Shown: piece after piece, positions 24,201 to 39,200 of the stretch
Layout: every line of letters starts with the position of its first letter
Numbering within the stretch: the stretch's first letter is position 1
NCBI RefSeq assembly: GCF_964355755.1
Contig: NC_092674.1
Span: 310,001-374,000, forward strand
Direction of reading: 5' to 3'
DNA: 64,000 nucleotides
From: Antedon mediterranea
Taxonomy: Eukaryota; Animalia; Echinodermata
The notes under the pieces: model-generated
Database searches by the model: none
Told to the model about the DNA's origin: nothing
The model's input: the letters and a program-made list of their open reading frames with translations, nothing else
Made by a program: the position numbers and the translations under genes

Positions 24201-27200
24201 CATCATTTCTCCTTTACGTATCATCGCTTAAAAAAGGTAAGATTTCAAAGTTCAAAGAGTTCATAAAGACTATGACGAGGATTAATGAGATTCACTTGGA
24301 AGATACTTGACTAATCCACAGGATTATGAACTTAATCTTTTAAGAGCATCGCTTTCTAAATAATCTCGCACATACTTCTTGTAAATGTTGCATTTTAGTC
24401 GATTGTCCCTTTTTTTATTTTCTGAAATTATAAGAAAAAAAACTTTAAAGAGTCACTGTATACTCGTAATTTGTTCTGCAAGTAAAAATCATATGTACAC
24501 TTTGTCACACATTGCCAGTAGCAACAAAACATTAAATGTTGTATTCCACTTTATATATTTGTGTAATTTAGCCTTTAAAAGGTTCCTGTTGTATTTCATT
24601 AAACTTAATAGATTTAGTTTTAGTCAAACATTATTTAGTATGTGCTTGATTATTAATCTAATAGAAAGCTGTTACAACAAATGACCTATACAGCTTGTGA
24701 CAAAGGATATTTATCAACATAGTTTAAGTTCATTGGCAATTCACCACCTAGCATTCTCTTTATAATTTCATCAATCTCGTCATTTCGTGTCTCATAAAGA
24801 TGATTTATAATGACAGTTGATAATCAAAACTCACGCTTAATAACTGTAAATCTAACTCTATAATTGGTCATTTCTATAATATTATATTCATTCTTTCCTA
24901 TGCTACAAATACTACTAAAAGCATCATGTGCCATAAAAATCCATTTGTGATTAATAATGTTGTTATCGAACTACAAATCATGTATTTTAAATTCAGATAA
25001 TCTGTGGATTATAAACTTGAAATATTTTTTAAAATTTCAGTACATTTTTTTCAAACAAAATTACACTGTATAAAATCAAATAAAACCACCATGAGAGATA
25101 TGAAGACATAAACCTAAATAACTGTTAACCATTTTTTACTTGAAATATTTATATTTAATAAAACAGCTGCTGGTTGTAAACTCTGTTAGTACCATTTTAC
25201 TGCATTTAAAATATTATAAAATTCTCACTAAGTTATTTATTGGTCAGTGCAGTTCTAAAGCAGCAAGCTTCATCATATATGACATGTCCTCATCCTCATG
25301 TCAACATGTATTACGATCATGTCCACAAGTCATCATGTCATGTCTACATATCCTCATCATGTCCACATGCAGTATCCTCATCCTCATGTCCACAGTCCAC
25401 ATGTAATGCAGCCATGTCTACATGTCCTCGCATTCAAATCCATAGTCATCGTGTCTTCACGTACAAATTTCATGTCATCATCCTCGTGTTCATATGTCAT
25501 CATGTAGACTTGTGGTCATATCATCATGTAGACTTGTGGTCATATCATCATGTGAACTTGTGGACATGTCCTAATAAAATAAAATAAAATGTCCACATGT
25601 CATCATGTCCACACCATGTCTACATGTCATCATGTCCACACCATGTCTACATGTCATCATGTCCACACCATGTCTACATGTCATCATGTCCACACCATGT
25701 CTACATGTCATCATGTCCAAACCATGTCTACATGTCATCATGTCCACACCATGTCTACATGTGCAGTGACAGAATCATATGTACATACATCTCTGCCTGT
25801 AGACACAGCAGTTGTTATTATTCTTCTATCCAAACATCTTTGGCCGGCTGTTTCCATGCAAAATTTATGTGAAACACAACAATTAGCAATTTAGTATCAA
25901 ATTGTTAACTTTATATTTGGATAACAAAGTCCATCTAATTAAATGGAAACTTAATTGGTTGTCCATCGCATCTGTCTTCTAACTCTGCTTCAGGCTGTAT
26001 TGCTAATTTGATTTGTATTTAAGTGTACCTTACCATCATGTATTATTTCTGATTGCAAACAATTGGACTGTGATTACATTGCAGAATGTTTTACTGTACA
26101 GACAGTAGTCTGTATAATCTTATGTATTGAAACAAATATGCTTTTCAGTCAGTAATAAATGAATAGGAAAATGTTGTCATAACTAATACTACATAAATAT
26201 TATTATTAGTAAAGTAAATAAATATAAACAAATATAAAGGTGATGATAAATGAATATATAATATTTATAAAATCTACTAAATAAGTAATTTGAATGAAAT
26301 AAAAACACTCTGCGAATGAAAGTTAAATTATGTTATATATGTCAATCATTTAGTACAGAATTGATAGAACATCTTGTTGTATAAGAATCAATAACATTGA
26401 TAGATTTCTTGACAGCACATTTAAGTTGCAATAATAAATTAAAAAAACCTTCCATAGATTGATGTATATATATTTCAATATGACGGTTAACGTCATGTTA
26501 CCATAGAAACCTTAGATTTGAATGAGTTCCTATTCAATAAAATCCGTTTTCAGAATTAAAAGTTCTGATTAATCAAAGGCTTTGTAATAAAACAATAATA
26601 TTGAAATAATTAAAATGTTATAGAGTATGTAAACTTACAATGAATTAAAAAAAACTGTTAACAAACTTTGAATGTTATAAAATATAGATTCTTATATATA
26701 TTATTTATACATTTTGAAAAGTAACAATTATTTAACTTTGCTCATTCATTTCTTTGCTCAAGGTAGCTTTTTTCAAAGATTATGATTGCATGCAAGTTTG
26801 CAATATTACTGTACTTACAAGAGAAACTCTTTAAAAACAATTTTAGCTAAATCTGACTTGTAAGTGCAGTTTTGATGTTCAAAAGTTTCCATTCCAAATC
26901 TTGGGTCATAAGACCCTATTAATACATCTTGTAAACGTTTCATTAGTAATTTTACTCCATACAAATCTACGCCATTGAAGTTTTCCGACTTTAATTTAGA
27001 TTATAAAATTTGATAACTTTCAAACATGCGTTAACTTATTGAGAAGTTTCAATGACTTACAAATGGTATAAAGACATTCTTTTATCATAACCTCTGTATC
27101 CCTTGGTAATTATTTAATAGATTGTATTGAAAATTAGTTCTAGATACTTGGTTAAACCCACAGTGGACCGTGATTTCATAGCTAGCCTGGGGGAGCATTT

Positions 27201-30200
27201 TGGTTATAAATTCTACAGGTCCATAGCTGTCAAACCATTCAAACGTGTCTTCTGTATATAAGACATTTTATATCTGCCTGCAGCACTACAAAACTTTTTT
27301 TCTGTGCATGTACAAAGCCAATATAATGTATTGTTTGAACTATGAGCAAAGAAAATTCCAACATTGCCAAAGGAAAGTTTAAAATTGTTTTGTATTGAAA
27401 AGTATTTCTCTTCTTGCCCCTTGTTGTCATGTCCATGTTTAAAGTATTTCTCTTCTTGCCCCTTGTCATGTCCATGTTTAAAGTATTTCTCTTCTTGCCC
27501 CTTGTTGTCATGTCCATGTTTAAAGTATTTCTCTTCTTGCCCCTTGTCATGTCCATGTTTAAAGTATTTCTCTTCTTGCCCCTTGTCATGTCCATGTTTA
27601 AAGTATTTTTCTTATTTCCCCTTGTTGTCATGTCCATGTTTAAAGTATTTCTCTTCTTGCCCCTTGTCATGTCCATGTTTAAAGTATTTCTCTTCTTGCC
27701 CCTTGTCATGTCCATGTTTAAAGTATTTCTCTTATTGCCCCTTGTCATGTCCATGTTTAAAGTATTTCTCTTCTTGCCCCTTGTCATGTCCATGTTTAAA
27801 GTATTTCTCTTCTTGCCCCTTGTCATGTCCATGTTTAAAGTATTTCTCTTCTTGCCCCTTGTCATGTCCATGTTTAAAGTATTTCTCTTATTTCCCCTTG
27901 TTGGCATGTCCATGTTTAAAGTATTTCTCTTCTTGCCCCTTGTCATGTCCATGTTTAAAGTATTTCTCTTCTTGCCCCTTGTCATGTCCATGTTTAAAGT
28001 ATTTCTCTTCTTGCCCCTTGTCATGTCCATGTTTAAAGTATTTCTCTTCTTGCCCCTTGTCATGTCCATGTTTAAAGTATTTCTCTTATTGCCCCTTGTT
28101 GTCATGTCCATGTTTAAAGTATTTCTCTTCTTGCCCCTTGTCATGTCCATGTTTAAAGTATTTCTCTTCTTGCCTCTGTTGTCATGTCCATGTTTAAAGT
28201 ATTTCTCTTCTTGCCCCTTGTCATGTCCATGTTTAAAGTATTTCTCTTATTGCCCCTTGTTGTCATGTCCATGTTTAAAGTAGTTCTCTTCTTGCCCCTT
28301 GTCATGTCCATGTTTAAAGTATTTCTCTTCTTGCCCCTTGTCATGTCCATGTTTAAAGTATTTCTCTTCTTGCCCCTTGTCATGTCCATGTTTAAAGTAT
28401 TTCTCTTATTGCCCCTTGTCATGTCCATGTTTAAAGTATTTCTCTTCTTGCCCCTTGTCATGTCCATGTTTAAAGTATTTCTCTTATTGCCCCTTGTCAT
28501 GTCCATGTTTAAAGTATTTCTCTTCTTGCCCCTTGTCATGTCCATGTTTAAAGTATTTCTCTTATTGCCCCTTGTCATGTCCATGTTTAAAGTATTTCTC
28601 TTCTTGCCCCTTGTCATGTCCATGTTTAAAGTATTTCTCTTCTTGCCCCTTGTCATGTCCATGTTTAAAGTATTTCTCTTCTTGCCCCTTGTCATGTCCA
28701 AGTTTAAAGTATTTCTCTTCTTGCCCCTTGTCATGTCTATGTTTAAAGTATTTCTCTTCTTGCCCCTTGTCATGTCCATGTTTAAAATGCAAAAGAAGAA
28801 AGTGTTGATCATTGCCAAAGGGTCATTTTGCTTTATATAATATAATAATCTACAATATAAATGTATTTTAATAAACAAAGTTTTCAATTAAAGTTTTGAA
28901 GTCCACTTGAGTCCTATCATTATCTTTATGATTGCCAGGTTTAAACTACCAAATATATTTATATTTACACAAAGACAAAGACAGCAAGTATCCTAATAAA
29001 TATATATAATCATAGTCAATAAAAGCAGCCAACCAGAAAAAAGCCTATAACCCTGGATTTCAAAAGTTAAATAAATAAATGTCTAATTGTATTAAAGAAC
29101 TATAATTCTATTTTATCTTCATTATCAAAAGTAGTTTTCACACTTTGTAACTCTTTTATGCATTTAAGCATGATTCTAGAGATTTTGAAAGGTTGGAGGT
29201 TTAGAACTTTCAAAAACCCCTTTTCCTTAAAGTGCTCTTTACAAACTAGAAAGACCAGCAACAAAGCTGATTGTAAATAGGCTAACTAGCCTTGCTCTGA
29301 CAGTTTTTCCCCTTTTGTGCAACAAAATAATCCCCCCAGTTTGAAAACCCTGGCTATGAGTTTGTAAAGAATTAAGACTGCCAGTTTGTGCAAATTTACT
29401 TGCCACTACTGAATATGGTTATCAGAGATATCTACCAATAAATCTATTTTCATATAAAATGTAATGTCATCATGAATACATTTATGTTCCTTCTGTTTGT
29501 ACATAAATCATTCCAAATAGAACTGACCGAATGACAAGCAAGAAGATTGAACTTGTTATTTAAGATCAGAAGCCTGGCGCCAAAACATGGCACCATGTTC
29601 TGAATGCTCGTTTATTTTCTCTTAAGTCGACACATAATTTTGTCTGATTTCACAAGTCTGTACATTTCGTGCAATGAATTGAGCAATTAATTATTAAATG
29701 TATTCGATTTAACAAATAAACACAGCCTATACATTATAATAATTGCACTGTACCATCAAATCTATCTACATAAACATTTTTGTTGATACTTTAGTAAATT
29801 TACATTTTAAAATGTGCTTTTCCACTGTGTTCTTCACTATGTATTTAATTACCGTAATAGAGTGTGGAAGGTTGAGAAGTATAATACCTTCAATTTTATG
29901 ACATTCTTTGCTTTCACCATCTTTAAGAGAAACTGGATGGAAATGTTTTAAACATATTAATTTTTTGTATAGGTTATTTTTTGTATAGGTTATTTTTTGT
30001 ATACCGTATATTTCGGTGTATAAGTCGCACTTTTGACACGCAAATTTGACCTCTAAATTAAGGGTGCGTCTTATACACCGAACATAAATGCCTCACCACA
30101 CAGAGTGTACATATCGTCACCTCGTTGGCTAGGCCTGAGTAGGCTAGGCCTAGCTACAGTGTACTAACGTAACGGCAACCTGCTTCTGCCTACACACTTC

Positions 30201-33200
30201 TCGGATACATAGATACTAATCGAATACGATTGTCCGTGAAAACGTGCGCCCTCTCGAAATGATCGAGCGAGGCTAACCCACACACGTGCGTGTTACATAC
30301 ACGGTCATCCCATGCACTCGATGTTGCGGGTACGAAACTCATGAATAACAAGTTAGAAACAACTTGTTGAGGCTGGGCGCGGCCGAGCCTAGGTAAGAAA
30401 AAACCTAAATAAAGGATGCCGTTGTAGATATAACAAAATATATTATTACAATAATATTGATTACAATTTAAAAAAAACATTGTTTTGATGAAATAGAAGG
30501 TGCGTCTTATACATCGACGATATAAAAAATACCGATATTTTACTCTCAGTTAGGGGGTGCGTCTTATACACAGGTGCGAATTATACACCGAAATATACGG
30601 TAGGTTATTTTTTGTATAGGTTATTTTTTGTATAGGTTATTTTTTGTATGGTTAATTTTTGTATAGGTTATTTTTTGTATAGGTTAATTTTTGTATAGGT
30701 TAATTTTTGTATAGGTTATTTTTTGTATAGGTTATTTTTTGTATAGGTTATTTTTTGTATAGGTTATTTTTTGTATAGGTTATTTTTTGTATAGGTTATT
30801 TTTTGTATAGGTTATTTTTTGTATAGGTTATTTTTTGTATAGGTTATTCAGGTATAATTTTATTTTTGAAGCATACATGTGTAAAAATAACAAAAAAATT
30901 AAAATTCTGTGAACCACTTTTTACCTTCATTCTTGTTTATTTTAAATTCAACACAACATTGTATTTGAACTGACACAACTAAGTAGAACACAGAACTGAA
31001 AAATGTCCTCGCGATTAAATTTTACATTAAAGATGGAGGAGAAAAAAATTTTCCTTCAATCGTTAAATTCACCACAAAGCGATCTAATTAGAGTTTTTTT
31101 ATGAGAAGTTATTTTTAAAATTGCTGGTCATGAAATAATGAGAAATATAACAGAGAGACAATATGACTTAGAAAACATCAATAAAAGACGACAGGAATGT
31201 ATTTATTCAAACAATTAAATGGCTAGTTGTAGATGACGGTCTCCAAAATGTGTAAAACTATGATATAAAGGAATTAAGTTTCATCCTGGCAGCATTAAAT
31301 CTAACTGGATTTGTGATTAGCAGGATGTTATAGATAATACAGCATTTGATTGGCCGATACTTTGTCTCTTTCCTGTCTTGATGGATGATCAAGTTAATGG
31401 TAACAGTGAAACAATTATGCTAAAGACAGATGATGGTAATGGTTATTGTTAAAAATATGAACAATATGAATAAAAAAAACAACATTTTTGATTGTGCAAC
31501 TGTGTTTGAAATAACGATGATGTCAATGAGTGTAACATGCTTAAGATATTAGAATTATTGTTTTAGTTCAAAGTTAATGTGTCTATAAATGATGAGATTG
31601 CTGGGTTATAGGGTATGTTTGTTAGTTTTTTGGTGTCAAGAATGTTATGTGGTGTCTGCAGGTCGTGCAGCTGTAGTTGAAATTTCACTGGTTCTGTTCT
31701 AAAGTGAAAGCCATGTTATTCTTCATTTAAAGGGACGTTAGTTTATTCATAATAGAGCGATTACAATAGGCCTACTTATATACAATTAGCATACTTTAAA
31801 TTGTTGTGATTGACTTTGTTATAAAAACTCTTTGAATAAACATTTTCACATCTTTTTTTTTTTATTGTTTAACTAGAATGATTTTGCTGTGAATATATAC
31901 AAATTTTAGATTAGATCTTACATAAGACAAAATCTTAAATTTGCTTGATGTTGTAGTTCTCAAAAAGACAGACAAGAATGCTCTAATGCCCTGTACATCA
32001 AGACACTTCCTTCCACAATGAAGTCTTGATAATTTTTCTCCGGAGGCATTCAACGTGTGCTGGAAGTAAAAGCGCAATAATAATGAGTTGAAATGAACAC
32101 ATGTCGGGTCTTGGTCATCTACTGTGTTATTCCATTGTGACTTAATATATGGAAGAATAAAACAAATCATTTTGATTATTGTAGCTTTAAAGAAAAATCT
32201 GTTATTCTAGCGTTTTATTCCAAAAAATATCTTTGAAATATGAATTTTCTGCTATATTTATTATTATTCAAGGTTTATTTAATTCAATTGTTATTGCAGT
32301 TAAAAAAATACCTGAATTACAACAATCATGACAATTTATAAAAATTGGATACATAATATAAAAACATTAAACATTAAAATTAACATCTCCATTGATCAAC
32401 AACATACAATTACAATTTAAAATATACATTATATGATAAAATACGATTATTAAAACAGAAATTTGGAACTGTCTGATATTGAATAATATTGCATTAGGCC
32501 CGGTTATTTAACGAGGTAAGGAATGGGGCTACGTTTGTATCGTTGTTTTGACACAGGGGATCGTATGGTGTTTCCTATTTCTTAAGTTGTACTTATGGGT
32601 TTCTTCTCTTAGGGGTGGTAACCATTCTTTAAATTCAGAATTAAGTAAAGAAGTACCAAATTTAATACATAGTTCGGTTCTTTGTTCCTTATGGGGTTGT
32701 AATTTTAAAATCGAACAGGCTGCTTCATATGAGACATAATTGTGACCTAAGATGATTCGACACGCACGTTTTTGTACTCTTTCAATAGCATTGGAATGTT
32801 CATCGGTAAGGTTTGGGTGCCAAACCGGTGTAGCATATTCTACCACAGGTCTAACGTAACTTAAGTAAATCATTAGAAGGTCAGGCTTTGGCAATGAAAA
32901 CTTAGTGAGAAGTTTGAGCATATGAATTCTACCATTAGCACGTTTGATCATATCTTGAACTTGGAGGTTCCATTTAAGATCGGAACTAATATGTAGGCCT
33001 AGAATTTTGACGGAGTCAACCACATTGATAATCTCGTTATTAATACTTAATGGATCAATAAAGTGCTGTTTTCATAAAAGTGACATCATAGAAGCACATT
33101 TACTTGGATTAAGTTTCATAAAATGTTCATTTGCCCAAACTGTTAACGAGTCCACTTCAATCTGCATATTGCGTCTATTGATATCGTTTCTAAATGTGGA

Positions 33201-36200
33201 CTCGATCATCGTCATATCATCAACATAAGGGTGGTAATTTTGTTCGATATGTCAACATCGTTATTCATGCAAAGGAATCCCAAAGGTCCTAATTTAGTTC
33301 CTTGTGGGATACCTGCGCGGAGAGTGACCACTTTAGAGTTAACACCTTGGTAGGAGACGTATTGTGATCTACTTGTTATACCCATGGCATGATTTCTGGT
33401 CTAGCACCAAGTGAAAGCATCTTAGGTATTAATACATTGTGATTAATGTTATCAAATGCTTTGCTATAATCTGTTATTAGTAGCCTAGATATTGAATGGG
33501 GCTAACGTATCTACTAGTTTGATGAGATAGTGACATGTTGATCTACCGGGACGATTACCAAACTGATTGGGGTCGAGTTTTATATAAATATCTCTCATCA
33601 ACCATTGAACGATAAAACCTTCGGCTACGGTACTTTCGCAAAATGGTCAGTGATAGGGCGAATTTTGTCATACGACGCAGGCTTTGTCTTAGGCATAGGG
33701 ACGACTTTTGCAGTTTTCCATTGATGAGGTACAATTCCGTTCTGGAATGATGTGTTGATTATTTCTGTTAATGGTCCACTGATTTCATACGCAAACTCTT
33801 TAACAATTTTTGCTGGGATATTACTTGGCCCGTTTGCTTTGTTGGCTTTAGTTCTTCTAAGCACATTGTATACTTCCCATGGGTAAACGAGTGGGCATTG
33901 GTGCAATGCAGGTAGATAAGCTGGAAGTTGTGTCTTGTTAAAAACTGGAATGCCTGCTGCAACTGACGTGAGGTTGTTATTTATCAGATTAGCAGCAGCT
34001 ACATAGTTGTTTTCGTCAATATCGGGAGGCATGTGTATTTTAACACAACTGGTTTTTCCGGTACCTACTAATTGTTTAATTTCTTTGTGCCATTGTGCTG
34101 GATTACTTTTTTTATGTTTCTCAATACGCGTATGGTAAAAATCTTTTTTTGCAAGCGATACCTCTTTGATAATTTTATTTCTTAGTTGTTTCATATTTTT
34201 CTTGTTTTGAGACCGAAATGCTATTTGTCTTTTCTGTATTAATTTCTTGATTTTTGGTGTCATCTATATTGTGTTTTACCACAGTACTATAAAGAACATA
34301 CTGAACTATGAGAATTATATGTTCGTTAAAATTAACATTACTATGTTAGTACTAATATCTGCTCATCCCATTTGTTGTAGGTGAAAGATGATCATGATGT
34401 ATCAAAAGCCCTTTAGACTTATTCAACAATAATCACTCTAAGTAAGATTAAAAAAGAACTTCCCCAGAGGTGTATTTTATTTCCGGCAAAAAAATTATAA
34501 AGTGTAGACACAAAATAATATAAGTAGGTTTTTTTATACTTCCTTTTGAATAATTTATGTAACTGTACTTAATCATGATTTGAGCTGATTTGTTGTCTTC
34601 CCATAGGCCATAATTGATCTAGATATCATTTTCAATAAATACTTTGGTCCTAGATAAATTCATAATGTCTTGTCAAGTGCTATGATACAATTTTGGTTGT
34701 TGAAATGAGATGCATAAGTTAATTTGGAATCTACTGTATTATAAAGCATTGTAGTCGCATATAATAGTTGACAACAGGATAAGAAGTCAAAATAAGATTA
34801 TAGTTTCAAAGAGACAATGTATCGTTTTAAATGCCAACGATAAAAATGTTCCTTACTTGTCGCCAGTATTATAAATGCTTTTTGCGTTCAGACGGATTTA
34901 GTAATTCAACGGATGTTTGTTAGTTAATTGAAGTTTATGTATTAATGTTGAAACTTTTTTTACTTTAACTTTTTGTATTTTGTACTTTAACCAGCCCAAA
35001 TGAGTAAGAAGTAGACTTGAGTGGGCCTAGGGTGCTTATTAAAACAGTCAATCAAATAAACTGTCTCCATTTACTAACCATTTCTTGATAGTTGACCATT
35101 GGTTGTTGGTCTACAGCCTTTTAAACCTAGAGGATTGATAGTGTTCTCCTGAAATCTAAAGTAGCATATTGACATTTAAAGGCAATGATGAAAAGTAATG
35201 AAAGGATTTTATAGAAAATTGCTAAACTCACTGCTAATTACTGCTAGTGGTAGAGTAAAGTGATTCTGTTCAATGCAATTATCGTCTTTTTCATTAAAAA
35301 AAAGTATCAATTTTAAACAAATCATGAAGTCAAATCACTGCCATTTGTTTTGTGCCAGTAAGAGTATCACCTAGTTAATACACATTTCACAAATAATATC
35401 TTGGGGCAAAAAAATCAGCTGTTTGGTGTGAAGTTAAATTAATTTTTCTTTGTTTATTCAAATGTATTGTGTTACAAAAATCAATTTTGTCTTATTCAAC
35501 TTTCAAGCCACACATCTTAAGCATTGAGGTATTATACTAAACACAAATGCTGTTATTATTATTGTTTGCAGTGTGAGTCATGTGTGATATTAGCCTTTTT
35601 AGCCTTTTCTATTAGTATTTTTTTCAAATTACACGCACACGTACAAATTATTACGCATGTATGTTCAATTACAATGAAGTACTGTAAATCAATCATTCAT
35701 CTGTCAAAACTTATATCAAAATCCTTTGAATATAATTATAGATTATTTTGTTTTACTTTTTCTGAGTAGGTTAAATGTTATGTTATTTAAAAGTTGAAGT
35801 TGTTTGTTTCATTTAGAACTAAATCATGCTTTTGTATATCGAAAAAAAAACAATTTGTTTTGCATAAAATTCAAATTTAACTTAATTTCTTGGAAATATA
35901 GCTTTAAAAATAATGAAAGATCGATGATAGTAGCTGTAAAGTGGTATAATAAAATTCCACTATATAAAAAATGAATATTGAGGACTTTTTAATCGAGAAA
36001 AAACATAGTTTGTCAGACCTTTGGTATGATAAAGACTGTACCAATACTGTATGAACAACAATGTGCCATTTATGTATCTTACTCCAGGGAAATATCTCCT
36101 TGGAGTAAATTCCCAAATTGCTCATAAAAATCTTTAATTTTACTTCACATTAACTTTTAGATTGGTAATTTGGCTGAAATATGCATCGAAAAAGTATTTT

Positions 36201-39200
36201 TTAATTTGTAAATAATTTGGCAATAACAACATTGATTTTTTAATTTCATTTTTAGTTAGTTCATTTATCGACCCAGAGACATCAAGTCTAATAGTTGTCT
36301 TGATCTATAATGCCTTGTTTAAATTGATATTCCAAAAATATGCTGAAAACAGGAAAATTGATGGGCTGTTAGTAGACTTCCTAAGTTTCTAAGAACTGAA
36401 TTAATATTATAGGGTAAGAAAGCTAAAACTTTGAACAATTGCTAAACATGTTTTGTGAAGTGATTAGGACTTTCATCTATCCTAACCTTTAGTATCAAAT
36501 TATAAAAATAGTTGCATAATGCCTGCCGTTCACCTGATCCATGCGTATACTGCCGACCATTCACCTACACCCTCTATTAATAAAATAATTTTAATTCAAC
36601 AAATGTATCCAACTCATTCACTTCCTGATGATTTATATAATAGATTCATTGAACAGCAACAGGATTTTGTTGTAATGATTCCTCTGAGCATAGAAATTAA
36701 GGAACTGGACAAATTATTCATTAGAAACAATTAAACTGAAACAACATTCCCTGGAGTGTGGACTTGTTTTAAAGCTAATCGTTAATTCTAATCGCCGATA
36801 AACGAACAGATTAATGCATGATGCCTTCTCAACCCGAGTTTAGTCATTTCTAACTGGATAGTCGACATTTATGTATTTTCCATTGCAAGCTCCTAAAATG
36901 TATGTACATCAGGGATTTTGCTTCCAAGAACATTTCACATGTGAATTAAATGACATGTTGTTTTCAAAATTTGTTACCGTAATTACTGATTTCTAATCAG
37001 GCCCGTATGCAGCATTTATAATGGGAGGGTGCGAGCGAAGCGAGCAACAATGGCTGGGGGCCAGGGGGCCGCCAAGGGCCCCCGGTGAGGGTCCAGGGGC
37101 CGAAGGCCCTGGAAAAATTTGCGTTATTTGACGTTCTAAAGACTGATGTAAGACTCTCTGTTGTGGCTTGGGCTAGTTGAACGATGGACACCAGAACTTA
37201 ACGCTTTCATGATGAGGCCAACTCAGCAGGGGTGGCGCCAGGATCTTCCCGACGCAGGGGCTACATTCCCCGACGAGGGGGCTATGCGAGCGAAGCGAGC
37301 ATCACTAGGCTGAGGGCCAGGGGCCGCCAAGGGCCCCCGGTGGGGGTCCAGGGGGCGAAGCCCCCGGAAGCAACGCGTTCTAGCGTCATTTGAGGTCTTT
37401 TTAATCAGATTTAGGGTAGCCATTTTTTCCATTTTTTATAATGCATAAATAAAATACTGCGTGCAAAAAAACGATGCGCGATGACTGTTTCAATCCATAT
37501 TTTTCAATTTAAAAAATAAAAGTTCAAAGAAAATTTTGAAAAATAGAGTTGGAGGTCCTGGAAATTGGACTTATTATACTTCAAAACATGAAAAAAAATA
37601 TATAAGTCCCTATCATGGGTTGTGACTGAGCTAAGAAATGTTTGAAAACTTAGAGATGTTAGGTCCCGGAAAATGTACTTCTTGTTCTTCGAAATATGAC
37701 CAGCTTTATTGTTGGGGCTGAGCTAAGAAAATGTTTAAAACTAGAGCTGCAGGTCTTCAAAAAATTGCATTTTATACTTTGGAAACATCAGGCCTAGAGG
37801 CTTAAAAAACGCAAGCGTAGACCTTTTTCAGTCGGGGAAAAAAGTTTATTCCTCCCAGGTGTATGCATGCGTACCATCTGGACTTCCGAGTGGTGAGAAA
37901 TTCATGACATACAGGATATTGAAAATGTAATAACTATAGCTATAATGTTGGCTAAGCGAAAATGGCATGTTTTTTTGTTTAGTAATGGATGAAAAATTTA
38001 TTTTAGGTGCCCCACGGTACAGAAGGTTACTTGTAAATTAAAAAATTGGTGAACAAACGAACAATTAACATAATTCGTTTTTGCTGTAGTGTAGCGTACG
38101 TCGACGCAGTACACGACGTAACCGTCGGTAAACTTCGCCTGGAAAATAACACATTACACATTTTGGTCCCTGGATGAAACTTGATATCACGCGTCTCGAC
38201 CCAACGTTGAACGATTCGTACAAAGGGATACCGCCAGACAAGTGCGTACCTAGCTATTGTTTAGTAGTAAGTTAGATCGCTAGCAATAATGAATGCATAT
38301 AAAGTGCATAATATCACTCTGACGTACTCTCACGGTCAATGAAACGTCGCGGTTTTCTAGGCGCTGAAGCTAGCTACGAAGTGAACGCGAACGCTTTTTA
38401 CTGCATTATATTCCCCGACAAAAAGTACACGTGTTCCCTGACGTTAAGTTGTATTTCTCCAGCAAACACTTTACCGCGTACCGCGTACATGAAGCGCTAA
38501 GCTATTGCTTGTCGTCACATGATCGACTGCGCATGTTTTACATCGAGTCAGTTCAGATTCCGTAATTTAATTACCGGTATTTTTTCAATTTATATTAGCA
38601 TATTTTTGTTTGTATACCATTGATAATGTAAATTTTGTATATATATAATGATATTGTCTTTAGTTAAACAAGACAAGAAAAAATACCAACCGAGGAAATA
38701 GTGGACCTTTTGGGACTTGGGGGGGGGGGGGTGCGTCTGCACCCAACGCACCCCCCCTGGATACGGGCCTGCTAATCCAAGTATTATGTAATTAAAGCAT
38801 AATAATACATGATTAATGATGTTTGTTATTCATTTACCCATCTTTTCTGAAAGACTTTTCTTTATAAATTAAAGTTCCCTTTATGGTTTTGATGTTTACA
38901 GTATTTAAATTTGTGTAATTTTATTGTCTTAACTACGCCAAGCAAAATGAATTTTAAGTGGACCAATAACATTTCTTGAATCTATAACATAATAATATTT
39001 TTAAAATATATCACAAATTTTTATAAATAAAATAGAATTATTTCAACAAATGCAATACTTCAGAAATGTTAGAAAAAATAGTTTAACTACAGTACTTAAA
39101 GTTTATTTGTTTTTTGAACTACTTTCCATTAAAGTTTAATGTGTAAACTCTACTTGCTGTGTTGACATGCTTTTAGAAATTCATTCTTTCAAAGCCCTAA

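Noticed and set aside
25140-25894. His/Cys-rich metallothionein-like ORFs
   Set aside because: Derived from the CATGTC-rich tract and 27-bp repeat; open in several frames and without gene structure.
27239-28887. Repetitive ORFs on both strands (Cys-rich, MDMTRGKKRNTLN, etc.)
   Set aside because: Products of the 39-bp minisatellite inside a TMTC4 intron.
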